DNA from: Alphaproteobacteria bacterium
Lineage (GTDB): Bacteria; Pseudomonadota; Alphaproteobacteria; MPNO01
Reading direction: 5' to 3'
NCBI GenBank assembly: GCA_965242495.1
Contig: OZ251446.1
Coordinates: 540,844 to 604,843, forward strand
Length of the DNA: 64,000 nt
Below the pieces are notes generated by a model, which saw only the letters and a program-made list of their open reading frames with translations, did not search any database and had not been told where the DNA came from. Below, piece by piece: positions 9,254 through 17,377 of this stretch (positions within the stretch are counted from its first letter, which is position 1; every line of letters begins with the position of its first letter). The position numbers and the translations under genes were made by a program.

Positions 9254-10731
9254 CCCGCCGATCCCAGCAGCGTCTCCGCGGCGCGCTGCGCCACGCCCAC
9301 GCTCACCGACGTCTCGATGCCGAAATAGACGTTGGCCGCGGTCAATATCCAGGCCGGGACGAGGAGGGCGGCCGGGGCCTCGGCGCGCCCCGCCGCGCCC
9401 GCCGGCGCCGGGCGGAACCAGGCCGCCTCGACGACGCGCCAGACGTAGATCACCGCCAGCAGCGAACTGGCGACGATCAGCGCCGCGACCGGCCACAGGC
9501 CGGAGTCGAGGGCGGCCAGGACGAGATGCCATTTGCTGACGAACCCGGCCGTCAGCGGCACGCCGATCAGGCTCAGCCCGCCGACGACGAACGCCGCCAT
9601 CGTCCACGGCATGCGCCGTCCCAACCCGGCGAAATCGTCCAGCTGGGCCGAGCGCAGCCGGTGAAACACGCATCCGACGGCCAGGAACAGGGCGCCCTTC
9701 ATCAGCGCGTGGTTGAACAAATGCAGCATCCCCGCGGCGAGGCCCGCCGCGGTGACGAAGCTCGCGCCCAGCACCATGTAGCCGATCTGCGCCACGCTCG
9801 AATAGGCGAGCAGGCGCTTCACGTCGTTCTGGAAGATGGCGACGGTCGAGGCGGCGAAGATCGCCGCGGTCGCGAGGGCCATCAGCGGGTATCTGGTCGG
9901 CAGCGTCTCGAACGAGAACTCAACCCCGAACACGGTGAAGAAGAAGCGCAGCAGGACGTAGATCGCGACCTTGGTGGCGGTGGCGGCGAGGAAGGCGCTG
10001 ACCGCCGAGGGCGCGTAGGCGTAGGCGTTGGGCAGCCACAGATGCAGCGGGAACAACGCGAGCTTGAGCGCCGCGCCGACGGTGAGAAACGCGAAGGCGA
10101 CGATCGCCGTCCGGTCGTAGCCGGCGTCGGGAAGCCGGTTCGCGATGTCGTGCATGTTGAGGCTGCCGGTCGCGTGGTAGAGCAGCCCCACCCCGATGAC
10201 GATGAAGGTGGCCCCGATCGTCCCCAGCACGAGGTATTGGTAGGCCGCGGTCAGCGCCCGCCGGTCGCGCCCCAGCCCGATCAGGACGTAGGACGACAGC
10301 GAGGAGATCTCGAGGAAGACGAACAGGTTGAACGCATCGCCGGTGATCGCGACGCCGAGCAGCCCGGCGAGGCACAGGAGGAAGGCGGCGTAGAACAGGT
10401 AGCGGCGTTCGCGGTCGAGTGCGAGCGGCATGTCGGCGCGGGCGTAGACGATGACGACGGCGGCGATGCCGGTGACGACCAGCAGCACGAAGGCGTTGAC
10501 CGCGTCGACGCGGTACTCGATCCCCCAGGGCGCCGCCCAGCCGCCGATCTCGTAGGAGATCACGCCGCGCTCCATGACCTCGCCGACCAGCAGGCAGGCG
10601 ATCGCGAAGGCGATCCAGACGGCGGCGAGGGCGAGGACGAACGCCCGGTCCCCGCCGCGCAGCAGAACGCAGGCCGGGGCCGCCAGCAGCGGCGCCACGA
10701 CCTGCAGGGCCGGAAGATGGGCGCCGATCAC
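9250..10731 (-). CDS. mrpD: Mrp antiporter subunit D (NuoN/M-like)
   Basis: 493 aa polytopic antiporter-like protein (…KRLLAYSSVAQIGYMVLG…HLFNHALMKGALFLAVG…). Its GTG start overlaps the mrpC stop (GTGA). Confidence 0.85.
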   Translation of the reverse strand: MIGAHLPALQVVAPLLAAPACVLLRGGDRAFVLALAAVWIAFAIACLLVGEVMERGVISYEIGGWAAPWGIEYRVDAVNAFVLLVVTGIAAVVIVYARADMPLALDRERRYLFYAAFLLCLAGLLGVAITGDAFNLFVFLEISSLSSYVLIGLGRDRRALTAAYQYLVLGTIGATFIVIGVGLLYHATGSLNMHDIANRLPDAGYDRTAIVAFAFLTVGAALKLALFPLHLWLPNAYAYAPSAVSAFLAATATKVAIYVLLRFFFTVFGVEFSFETLPTRYPLMALATAAIFAASTVAIFQNDVKRLLAYSSVAQIGYMVLGASFVTAAGLAAGMLHLFNHALMKGALFLAVGCVFHRLRSAQLDDFAGLGRRMPWTMAAFVVGGLSLIGVPLTAGFVSKWHLVLAALDSGLWPVAALIVASSLLAVIYVWRVVEAAWFRPAPAGAAGRAEAPAALLVPAWILTAANVYFGIETSVSVGVAQRAAETLLGSAG

Positions 10732-11081
10732 GGCTCCTCGTCCAGCTCGTGGATCTCGTCCTCTTCGATCGTGCCGTAGGCGTGGCGGATGCGCACCACC
10801 AGCGCGAGGCCGAGCGCGGTGGTGGCGACGCCGACGACGATCGCGGTGAGAATCAGGACGTGGGGCAGCGGGTTGGAATAGGTGGAGTAGGCGTCGTCGA
10901 GGATCGGCGCGGTGCCGCCCGCGACCTTGCCCATCGAGATGTAGAGGACGAACACCGAGGCCTGGAACACGTTGAGCCCGATGAGCTTCTTGATCAGGTT
11001 GCCGCGCGCCACGACGACGTAGAAGCCGGCCATCATCAGGAAGATGACGATCCAGTAGTTGTAGTGCCCGACGACGTCCAC
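10728..11081 (-). CDS. mrpC: Mrp antiporter subunit C (NuoK-like)
   Basis: 117 aa with three transmembrane helices: MDVVGHYNYWIVIFLMMAGFYVVVARGNLIKKLIGLNVFQASVFVLYIS…, the canonical MrpC/NuoK pattern. Confidence 0.85.
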   Translation of the reverse strand: MDVVGHYNYWIVIFLMMAGFYVVVARGNLIKKLIGLNVFQASVFVLYISMGKVAGGTAPILDDAYSTYSNPLPHVLILTAIVVGVATTALGLALVVRIRHAYGTIEEDEIHELDEEP

Positions 11082-11085
11082 GCCG

Positions 11086-11502
11086 TCAGCCGTCCTTCCT
11101 GGCGAAGGTGTAGAACAGCGTCATCATCACCGCGCCCACGGTGACGCCGACGCCCAGCTCGACCAGCAGGATGCCCAGATGCTGGCCGCTCCTGGGGTCG
11201 CGGTCGAGCACGAAGTAGTCGAGATAGTTGCCGCCCAGCAGCAGCCCGGCGACGCCGACGCCGGCGAACAGCAGCACCCCTCCGGCGATCCCGGCCCGCA
11301 GCGCGCCGATCGGCACGATGCGCTGCGCGTTGTCGATGCCGAAGACCAGCGCGTAGAGGATGAAGCCGGCGGCGAAGATGACCCCGGCCTGGAAGCCGCC
11401 GCCGGGGCCGTAATCGCCGTGGAACTGGACGTAGAGGGCGAACAGCAGGATGAACGGCGTCAGCAGCTTGGTGACGACGCGGAGCACGATGTATTCCCTC
11501 AT
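11086..11502 (-). CDS. mrpB: Mrp antiporter subunit B (GPGGGF motif type; MbhF-like)
   Basis: 138 aa from the in-frame ATG (MREYIVLRVVTKLLTPFILLFALYVQFHGDYGPGGGFQAGVIF…). The remainder of track ORF 11086..12096 is a low-complexity out-of-frame overlap with the upstream gene. Start and stop overlap as ATGA. Confidence 0.75.
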   Translation of the reverse strand: MREYIVLRVVTKLLTPFILLFALYVQFHGDYGPGGGFQAGVIFAAGFILYALVFGIDNAQRIVPIGALRAGIAGGVLLFAGVGVAGLLLGGNYLDYFVLDRDPRSGQHLGILLVELGVGVTVGAVMMTLFYTFARKDG

Positions 11503-12014
11503 CCCCCGTCCTCCGTCGGCCGGCGTTTGCGTCGCCAGCTCCCCAGCAGCAGGATGACGCCGATCCCGGCGGTGAAGATCACCGTCACCTCGCCCAGCGT
11601 GTCGTAGCCGCGATAGCTCGCCAGCACCGCGGTCACCACGTTGGGGACGCCGGTCTTGCGCTCGGCGTCGGCGAGATAGACCGGCGCCACATGGACGTGC
11701 GGCGGGGCCGAGGCGTCGCCGTAGCTCGCCATGTCGAGGCTGCCGTAGATCAGGGCGGCCCCGGTGACGGCGACGACCGCCAGCGGGATCCAGCGCGAAT
11801 GCGCCGGCGGCTTCTCGGTCCGCGTCGTCAGGGCCAGGGTGGCGAGGAAGAGCGCCGTCGCGATGCCGGCGCCGACCGCGGCCTCGGTGAAGGCCACGTC
11901 GACGGCGTCGAGCACGACGAAGATCGCCGCGGCGAGGAAGCTGTAGATGCCGCCCAGCATGACCACGGCGAACAGGTTGCGGAGCAGCACGATGGCCGCC
12001 GCGGTCAGCGCCAT
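11499..12014 (-). CDS. MrpA C-terminal-domain-like subunit (DUF4040/MbhD-like plus MnhB-like N-terminal region), encoded as a separate protein
   Basis: 171 aa (MALTAAAIVLLRNLFAVVMLGGIYSFLAAAIFVVLDAVDVAFTEAAVGAGI… then …NVVTAVLASYRGYDTLGEVTVIFTAGIGV…). This resembles the MrpA C-terminus / Mbh D+E subunits. Confidence 0.6.
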   Translation of the reverse strand: MALTAAAIVLLRNLFAVVMLGGIYSFLAAAIFVVLDAVDVAFTEAAVGAGIATALFLATLALTTRTEKPPAHSRWIPLAVVAVTGAALIYGSLDMASYGDASAPPHVHVAPVYLADAERKTGVPNVVTAVLASYRGYDTLGEVTVIFTAGIGVILLLGSWRRKRRPTEDGG

Positions 12015-12034
12015 GAAGGTCAGGATGACGATGT

Positions 12035-12367
12035 TCAGGACGTCTTCGATGCTTCGTCCTTTCCGTCCCGCAGCAGGGGGTCGAGGCCGCTCGCATGCGC
12101 GGTGTGGATCAGCGCATGGGTCGCGGTCGGGCTGGTGAAGGCGATGAAGATCAGGATCAGCATCAGCTTGACCGTGACCAGGGTGAAGCCGCCCTGGAGC
12201 ATCAGCCCGATCAGGATCAGCCCGGCGCCCAGCGTGTCGGTCAGGCTGGCCGCGTGGGCGCGGGTATAGACGTCGGGCAGGCGCAGCACGCCGATCCCGC
12301 CGGCGATCGTGAACGCCGAGCCCGCCAGCAGCAGAACCCAGCTCGCTGCGTCAATCGCCGCCGCCAC
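12035..12367 (-). CDS. mrpG: Mrp antiporter subunit G
   Basis: 110 aa with the MrpG signature …AGSAFTIAGGIGVLRLPDVYTRAHAASLTDTLGAG…. Confidence 0.8.
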   Translation of the reverse strand: MAAAIDAASWVLLLAGSAFTIAGGIGVLRLPDVYTRAHAASLTDTLGAGLILIGLMLQGGFTLVTVKLMLILIFIAFTSPTATHALIHTAHASGLDPLLRDGKDEASKTS

Positions 12368-12650
12368 CGCTCCGCCCGTCCCGGCCGCCCGGCCCGATGC
12401 CGAGATCGCCGTATTTGAAGTATTTCAGCATGGCGATCGTGGCGACGAAGTTGATCAGCGCATAGACCAGCGCGATGTCGAGGAAGTCGGGCCGCCCGGC
12501 GAGAAACCCGATCACGCCGATGATCAGCACCGTCTTGGTGCCGAACATGTTGACCGCGAGGATGCGGTCGTACAGCGTCGGCCCGGCGAAGCCGCGGATC
12601 AGGGCGAGCCCCATGGTCAGCAGGATGGCCGCGGCGGCGGCGCTAAACAT
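12351..12650 (-). CDS. mrpF: Mrp antiporter subunit F
   Basis: 99 aa with the MrpF signature …LYDRILAVNMFGTKTVLIIGVIGFLAGRPDFLDIALVYALINFVATIAMLKYF…. It overlaps mrpG by 17 nt. Confidence 0.8.
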   Translation of the reverse strand: MFSAAAAAILLTMGLALIRGFAGPTLYDRILAVNMFGTKTVLIIGVIGFLAGRPDFLDIALVYALINFVATIAMLKYFKYGDLGIGPGGRDGRSGGGGD

Positions 12651-13143
12651 CGCCCGCCTCCTGGACCGGCTCCTCGCCCGCCATGTCGGTGACGCGGCGG
12701 TCCATCTCGCCGGATTGGAGCGCCCGCGCGCCGTCTCGCGTCAGCGCATGGACGAGGATCTCGCCGGGCTCCACATCGACCGAGATCGTCCCCGGCGTCA
12801 GCGTGATCGAGTTGGCGTAGACCGCCAAAGCGAGTTCGGAGCGCTGGCTCGCGCGCAGCCGCACCAGCGTCGGGCTGATCGGCAGGCTCGGCGCGAGAAC
12901 GCGGCGGGCCACGTCGACGTTCGCCTTGGCCACCTCCCAGGCGAGCCAGGGCCAGTAGACGAAGGCGCGGCGCGTCATGTGGATCGGATGGCCCTCGTGA
13001 TCGACCAGCTCCATCCGCAGGGCCACCGCCACCACCGCGGCGGAGGACGCCAGCCCGAAGATCAGCAGCAACGGCGTGTAATGGCCGGAGAGCAGCAGCC
13101 AGACGCCGAACGACACCAGTCCGAGAGAGATCGCGTGAACCAC
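12643..13143 (-). CDS. mrpE: Mrp antiporter subunit E (start uncertain)
   Basis: The C-terminal 165 codons of track ORF 12643..13404 match MrpE (…[41 protein letters not shown]…, …[15 protein letters not shown]…). The upstream 80 codons are Arg/Pro-rich filler. The nearest plausible start is GTG at 13141-13143. Confidence 0.6.
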   Translation of the reverse strand: MVHAISLGLVSFGVWLLLSGHYTPLLLIFGLASSAAVVAVALRMELVDHEGHPIHMTRRAFVYWPWLAWEVAKANVDVARRVLAPSLPISPTLVRLRASQRSELALAVYANSITLTPGTISVDVEPGEILVHALTRDGARALQSGEMDRRVTDMAGEEPVQEAGDV

Positions 13144-13333
13144 GAGCGCCTTGCCGACGTTGTCTTCTACGGACGCGCTGCATCGGCGGCCGCGACGCCG
13201 GATCCTATTACGGCCCCGGCGCGGTTTCCAGCGAAAACTCGCTCCGGCCCACGCCGCCGGCGACGAAAAAAACTTGGCGAAAATCGCCGCCGGCGATGGT
13301 AGACTGGCGGTAAAAGTAGGGAGGAGTCTCAGC

Positions 13334-13876
13334 GTGAACGAGACCGAGGGTGGGTATGAAGGGGCCGCGTCGACGCCGATCCGCGGCACCGTCAAATGGT
13401 TCAACGCCGTGCGCGGCTACGGGTTCGTCTCGCCCGAGGACGGCTCGGCGGACGTGTTTCTGCATATGACCGTTCTGCGGCAGGCGGGTCACGAGAAACT
13501 GCCGACCGGGGCCACGGTCGAATGCGAGACGGCGCAGGGCGCGCGGGGCCGCCAGGTTTCGTCGATCCTCCGGCTGGACCTGTCGACCGCGGTCGAGGAG
13601 GCCCCGCATCAGGGGCCGCGCTTCGCCCCGCCGCCCGAGCCGCAGCCGACCGGCGAGTTCATCGAGGCGACGGTCAAGTGGTTCAACCCGCATAAGGGGT
13701 ACGGCTTCGTCTGCCCGGTGGAGTCCGAGACCGACATCTTCATCCACATGGTGACGCTGCGGCGGGCGGGCATCGCCGGGCTGATTACCGGTCAGCAGGT
13801 CATGGTCCGCACCGCCGAGAGCCCGAAGGGCCTGCAGGCGACCGACATCCGCACCACGAGCGCCCCGCTGGCGTGA
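13334..13876 (+). CDS. tandem cold-shock-domain protein (two CSDs)
   Basis: GTG at 13334 is preceded by GGGAGGAG. The two CSD cores are [27 protein letters not shown] and [27 protein letters not shown]. Confidence 0.85.
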   Translation: MNETEGGYEGAASTPIRGTVKWFNAVRGYGFVSPEDGSADVFLHMTVLRQAGHEKLPTGATVECETAQGARGRQVSSILRLDLSTAVEEAPHQGPRFAPPPEPQPTGEFIEATVKWFNPHKGYGFVCPVESETDIFIHMVTLRRAGIAGLITGQQVMVRTAESPKGLQATDIRTTSAPLA

Positions 13877-13920
13877 AGGCGGAGGCCGGCGCGGGACCGC
13901 CGGCCTCCGCTCCGGCGCTC

Positions 13921-14871
13921 CTATTCGTCCCGCGCCAGCTCGACCGCATAGCTGTCGAGCGGCGGGATCCAGTCGATCAACCCCTGCGCCTGAAGGAAGG
14001 CGGCGAAGCGCCGGTAACGCGCCCGGTCGAGGGCCGCGGGTCGGAGCGCGAACCGCGGCAGGGTGTCGCGCCAGGCGCGCCGGTTGAGCTCGTTCTCCAG
14101 CTCCTTCCGGCCTTTGACGAACAACTCCCAACTCCCCTGCGGGTGGTTGATCAGATATTGCGTTCCGCGTTCGACCGCGAACACGAAGGCGGCGAGGGCC
14201 GGGTCGGCGAGCTGCGCCCGGTTGGCGATGAGGATCAGCTCGTCGAACGCGGGAACGCCCTCCTCCTCGACGTAGAAGGCGCGGCCCGGGCGATTCTCCA
14301 GGTCGAGCTGGTTGAGTTCGAAATTCCGGTAGGCGCCGATGACGGCATCGACCTTGCCCGAGATCAACGCCGGCGACAGCGAAAAGTTGACGTTCACCAG
14401 GGTGATGTCGGCGAGCGTCAGCCCGTGCCCGGCGAGCATCGCCCGGAGCAGCGCGTCCTCGAACCCGCCGACGGAGAAGCCCACCTTCCGCCCCTTCAGA
14501 TCGGCGATCGAGCGGATCGGGCCGTCTCTGAGCGTCACCAGCGAGTTCAGCGGCGTCGCCACCAACGTCCCGATGCGCGCCAGCGGCAGCCTGGCCGCGG
14601 CCTGAAGGTGCAGCTGCGGCTGATAGGAGATCGCGACGTCGGCCTTGCCGGCGGCGACCAGCTTGGGCGGGTCGTTGGGATCGGCGGGCGCTTTGAGCTC
14701 CACTTCCAGGCCCGCTTCCGAGAAGTAGCCGCGTTCGAGGGCGACGTAGAGCGGCGCATGGTCCGGGTTGACGAACCAGTCGAGCAGGACGGTCATCGTC
14801 CTCGCGGTCGCGTCCGAACTCGCGCCGACCAGGACGCCGAGCAGGATCGCGCCGAAAACACGTCGAAGCAT
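13921..14871 (-). CDS. ABC transporter periplasmic substrate-binding protein, NMT1/THI5 (ThiY-like, pyrimidine-precursor) family
   Basis: 316 aa with an N-terminal signal peptide (MLRRVFGAILLGVLVGASSDA). NMT1-like fold hallmarks: …VLLDWFVNPDHAPLYVALERGYFSEAGLEVEL…. It is the last gene of the riboswitch-controlled operon. Confidence 0.8.
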   Translation of the reverse strand: MLRRVFGAILLGVLVGASSDATARTMTVLLDWFVNPDHAPLYVALERGYFSEAGLEVELKAPADPNDPPKLVAAGKADVAISYQPQLHLQAAARLPLARIGTLVATPLNSLVTLRDGPIRSIADLKGRKVGFSVGGFEDALLRAMLAGHGLTLADITLVNVNFSLSPALISGKVDAVIGAYRNFELNQLDLENRPGRAFYVEEEGVPAFDELILIANRAQLADPALAAFVFAVERGTQYLINHPQGSWELFVKGRKELENELNRRAWRDTLPRFALRPAALDRARYRRFAAFLQAQGLIDWIPPLDSYAVELARDE

Positions 14872-14890
14872 TGGAGCCTCCTCCGTTCGA

Positions 14891-15670
14891 TTACGTTCCG
14901 TTCCGTTCTTCCTGCTCCCCTGCCGGCAGCGTTTCCGCCTGCCAGGGGAGAGCGCGCCGCAACGCCCCGTCGATGGCGAAGTAGAGCGCGACGCCGAACG
15001 CCGCCAACACGAACAGGGCGGCGAACATGAGGTCGATCTGAAGCCGCGCGTTGGCGTGCAGCATGAGATAGCCGAGGCCGGCGCTCGAACCGACCCATTC
15101 GCCGACGACGGCTCCGATCGGCGCTACCGCGGCGGCCACCCGGAGGCCGGACGCGAGCGCCGGCAGGGCCGCCGGGATGCGGATATGGCGCAGCGTCGTC
15201 CAGCGGCTGCCGTTCATCACCCGGGCGAGGTCGAGCCATCCCTGGTCGGTGCGCCGCAACCCGTCGAAGAAGGCGGAAGCGACGGGGAAGTAGATGATGA
15301 GCACCGCCATCGCGATCTTGGAGGCGAGGCCGTAGCCGAACCACAGCACCAGCAGCGGCGCCAGGGCGAACACCGGCATCGCCTGGCTGAACACCAGCGC
15401 CGGCAGCAGCCAGCGCCGCGCCGGCCGGAAATAGCTCATCGTCAGGGCGGTCCCGCAACCGATCAGCGCGCCGATCGCCAGCCCGGCGAGGATCTCGAAG
15501 AAGGTCGTCCCCGCATGGGAGGCGATGAGCCCGGCCCCGTCGGCCAGCGCCGCGGCGACGCGGGCCGGTCCGGGCAGGATGAAATGGGGCGCGCCCGTGA
15601 GCCACACCACCGCCTGCCATGCGGCGACCAGCCCGCAGAAGACGACGGCGAGGCGCCGGGCCGCGCTCAC
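14891..15670 (-). CDS. ABC transporter permease (ThiX/SsuC-like)
   Basis: The GTG start at 15668-15670 overlaps the ATPase stop (GTGA). It has six predicted transmembrane helices and the EAA-like loop …LIIYFPVASAFFDGLRRTDQGWLDLARVMNGSRW…. The rest of track ORF 14891..17116 is read-through. Confidence 0.8.
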   Translation of the reverse strand: MSAARRLAVVFCGLVAAWQAVVWLTGAPHFILPGPARVAAALADGAGLIASHAGTTFFEILAGLAIGALIGCGTALTMSYFRPARRWLLPALVFSQAMPVFALAPLLVLWFGYGLASKIAMAVLIIYFPVASAFFDGLRRTDQGWLDLARVMNGSRWTTLRHIRIPAALPALASGLRVAAAVAPIGAVVGEWVGSSAGLGYLMLHANARLQIDLMFAALFVLAAFGVALYFAIDGALRRALPWQAETLPAGEQEERNGT

Positions 15671-16464
15671 GGCGCGTCCCCGGCCCGGATCAGCCGGCGC
15701 AGCAGCTCCGCCTGGCGGGCGAGCAGGACCGGGTCGGCCGGGTCGCGCGGGGCGGGGCCCGGCGGCTCCAGCGCCCGGTCGAGACGGGCCGGCTTGCCCG
15801 ACATGACGTGGATGCGGTCGGCGAGCCGCAGCGCTTCCTGCGGATCGTGGGTCACCAGCAGCACGGTGCGGCCGACCAGCAGCTCGGCGGCGAGCGCCTG
15901 GAGGCGCGCCCGGGTGATGGCGTCGAGGGCCGAGAAGGGCTCGTCCATCAGCACCACCGGACGGTCCTCCAGCAAAGTCCGCGCCAAGGCCGCGCGCTGG
16001 CGCATGCCGCCCGAGCAGGCCGCCGGCCGGTCGTCCTGCCGGTCGTCCAGTCCGACCCGGGCCAGCAGCGCCCGCGCGCGCCGCCGCAAGGCCGGGTCGC
16101 CGCGCCGCGCGCCGCGCAGCCGGGCGCCCAGCGCCACGTTGTCGAGCAGGCTGAGCCAGGGCAGCAGCAGGTCCTGCTGCGCCATGTAGGCGGCGCGCCC
16201 GGCGAGGGGACGGCCGTCGCTGCACGATATCCGCGTGCCCGCCGACATCGGCGCCAACCCGGCGATCGCGCGCAGCAGGCTGGTCTTGCCGACGCCGCTG
16301 GGACCCAGCAGGCAGGTCCAGCCCCCGCCTTCGAGGGTGAATTCGAGATCGTCGAACAGAATTTCCGCCCCGAAGGAGAGCCGCGCCGCCTCGACGATCA
16401 CCGCCGGCGGCGGCGACGGCGGGTTCGGATCGGGGGCGGCGGGTCGTCGCTGGCTCAACTGCAC
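15667..16464 (-). CDS. ABC transporter ATP-binding protein (ThiZ-like)
   Basis: 265 aa with Walker A (GPSGVGKTS), the signature motif (CSGGMRQRAALAR) and Walker B (VVLMDEPFSALD). Confidence 0.85.
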   Translation of the reverse strand: MQLSQRRPAAPDPNPPSPPPAVIVEAARLSFGAEILFDDLEFTLEGGGWTCLLGPSGVGKTSLLRAIAGLAPMSAGTRISCSDGRPLAGRAAYMAQQDLLLPWLSLLDNVALGARLRGARRGDPALRRRARALLARVGLDDRQDDRPAACSGGMRQRAALARTLLEDRPVVLMDEPFSALDAITRARLQALAAELLVGRTVLLVTHDPQEALRLADRIHVMSGKPARLDRALEPPGPAPRDPADPVLLARQAELLRRLIRAGDAP

Positions 16465-16556
16465 TGGTCCCTACGCCGGTGCGAACCGGATCAGGTTCGA
16501 GGGGTCGTCCGCGTATCGGACCTCTCAGCCGGGCGAACCGGCTCCCCCCAGTGGAG
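16465..16556 (-). ncRNA. TPP (thiamine pyrophosphate) riboswitch, THI-box, in the 5-prime leader of the NMT1-type ABC importer operon
   Basis: The minus-strand sequence reads GGGGGAGCCGGUUCGCCCGGCUGAGAGGUCCGAUACGCGGACGACCCCUCGAACCUGAUCCGGUUCGCACCGGCGUAGGGACCAGUGCAG. It contains the conserved CUGAGA, ACCUGAUC and CGGCGUAGGGA THI-box elements. The aptamer 3-prime end abuts and pairs over the GTG start of the ATPase gene. Confidence 0.85.
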
Positions 16557-16638
16557 GAGCGACTATGCGCCCGCCGCCCAGGCATGGCAAGCCCCGTCCC
16601 GGTCCGAGTTCGCCCGCGGGCGGGCGGAGCGATCCGGT

Positions 16639-16666
16639 TTGACAGGCGGCGGGCTGCGCCTATACT
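16639..16666 (+). promoter_or_regulatory. candidate sigma-70 promoter of rpsD (TTGACA-16nt-TATACT), giving a ~90-nt leader
   Basis: TTGACA at 16639-16644 and TATACT at 16661-16666 with 16-nt spacing. This is near-consensus in an otherwise GC-rich intergenic region. Confidence 0.55.
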
Positions 16667-16759
16667 CCGCCGCCTTCCCGGGGAAGAGGGCCGGGGGCCC
16701 GTCGCCGGCGAGGTCCGGGCGCGAACGATCGGGACAGCGACGAACGAAGGACGCGGCGC

Positions 16760-17374
16760 ATGACCAAGCGGTTGCAGTCGAAATACAAGATCAACCGGCG
16801 CCTCGGCGTCAATCTCTGGGGGCGGCCGAAAAGCCCGATCAACATGCGGGACTACGGCCCCGGCGAGCACGGCCAGCGTCGGCGCAAGCCGTCCGACTTC
16901 GGCATCCAGCTGAAGGCCAAGCAGAAGCTCAAGGGCTATTACGGCAACGTCACCGAACGGCAGTTCCGCCGGACTTACGAAGAGGCCGTGCGGCGGCGCG
17001 GCGACACGATCGAGAACCTGATCGGGCTGCTCGAACAGCGGCTCGACAGCGTGGTCTACCGGCTCAAATTCGTCCCTACCGTGTTCGCGTCGCGCCAGTT
17101 CATCAATCACGGACACGTCAAGGTGAACGGCCGGCGGGTCACGATCCCGTCCTATCGGGTCCGCGAGGGCGACGTGATCGAGATACGCGACCGGTCGCGC
17201 GAGATCCCGGTCCTGCTCGAAGCGATCGAATCCCCGGAGCGCGACGTGCCCGACTATCTCGACGTCGACTACAACAAGATGCAGGGGAGCTTGCTCCGCA
17301 TTCCCAAATTCGCCGACGTCCCCTATCCGGTGCAGATGGAGCCCAACCTGGTGGTCGAGTATTACTCGCGTTAG
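16760..17374 (+). CDS. rpsD: 30S ribosomal protein S4
   Basis: 204 aa: [43 protein letters not shown]…, with the canonical S4 N-terminus and S4 RNA-binding domain. Confidence 0.95.
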   Translation: MTKRLQSKYKINRRLGVNLWGRPKSPINMRDYGPGEHGQRRRKPSDFGIQLKAKQKLKGYYGNVTERQFRRTYEEAVRRRGDTIENLIGLLEQRLDSVVYRLKFVPTVFASRQFINHGHVKVNGRRVTIPSYRVREGDVIEIRDRSREIPVLLEAIESPERDVPDYLDVDYNKMQGSLLRIPKFADVPYPVQMEPNLVVEYYSR

Positions 17375-17377
17375 CTC

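Noticed and set aside
7748-9673. A 641-aa version of the NuoL-like gene with a 140-codon N-terminal extension.
   Set aside because: The extension is Arg/Gly-rich filler overlapping the upstream mrpD in another frame. A conserved N-terminus (MSPPILMAVALAAP…) begins at the ATG 9251-9253, which forms an ATGA overlap with the upstream stop.
11086-12096. A 336-aa ORF upstream of the MrpB core.
   Set aside because: The first 198 codons are low-complexity sequence overlapping the DUF4040-like gene. The MrpB-like sequence starts at the internal ATG (11500-11502) that overlaps the upstream TGA.
14891-17116. A 741-aa minus-strand ORF running from the permease through the ATPase and riboswitch into rpsD antisense.
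   Set aside because: This is read-through in a stop-poor frame. The permease has its own GTG start at 15668-15670 overlapping the ATPase stop. The upstream portion has no transporter features.
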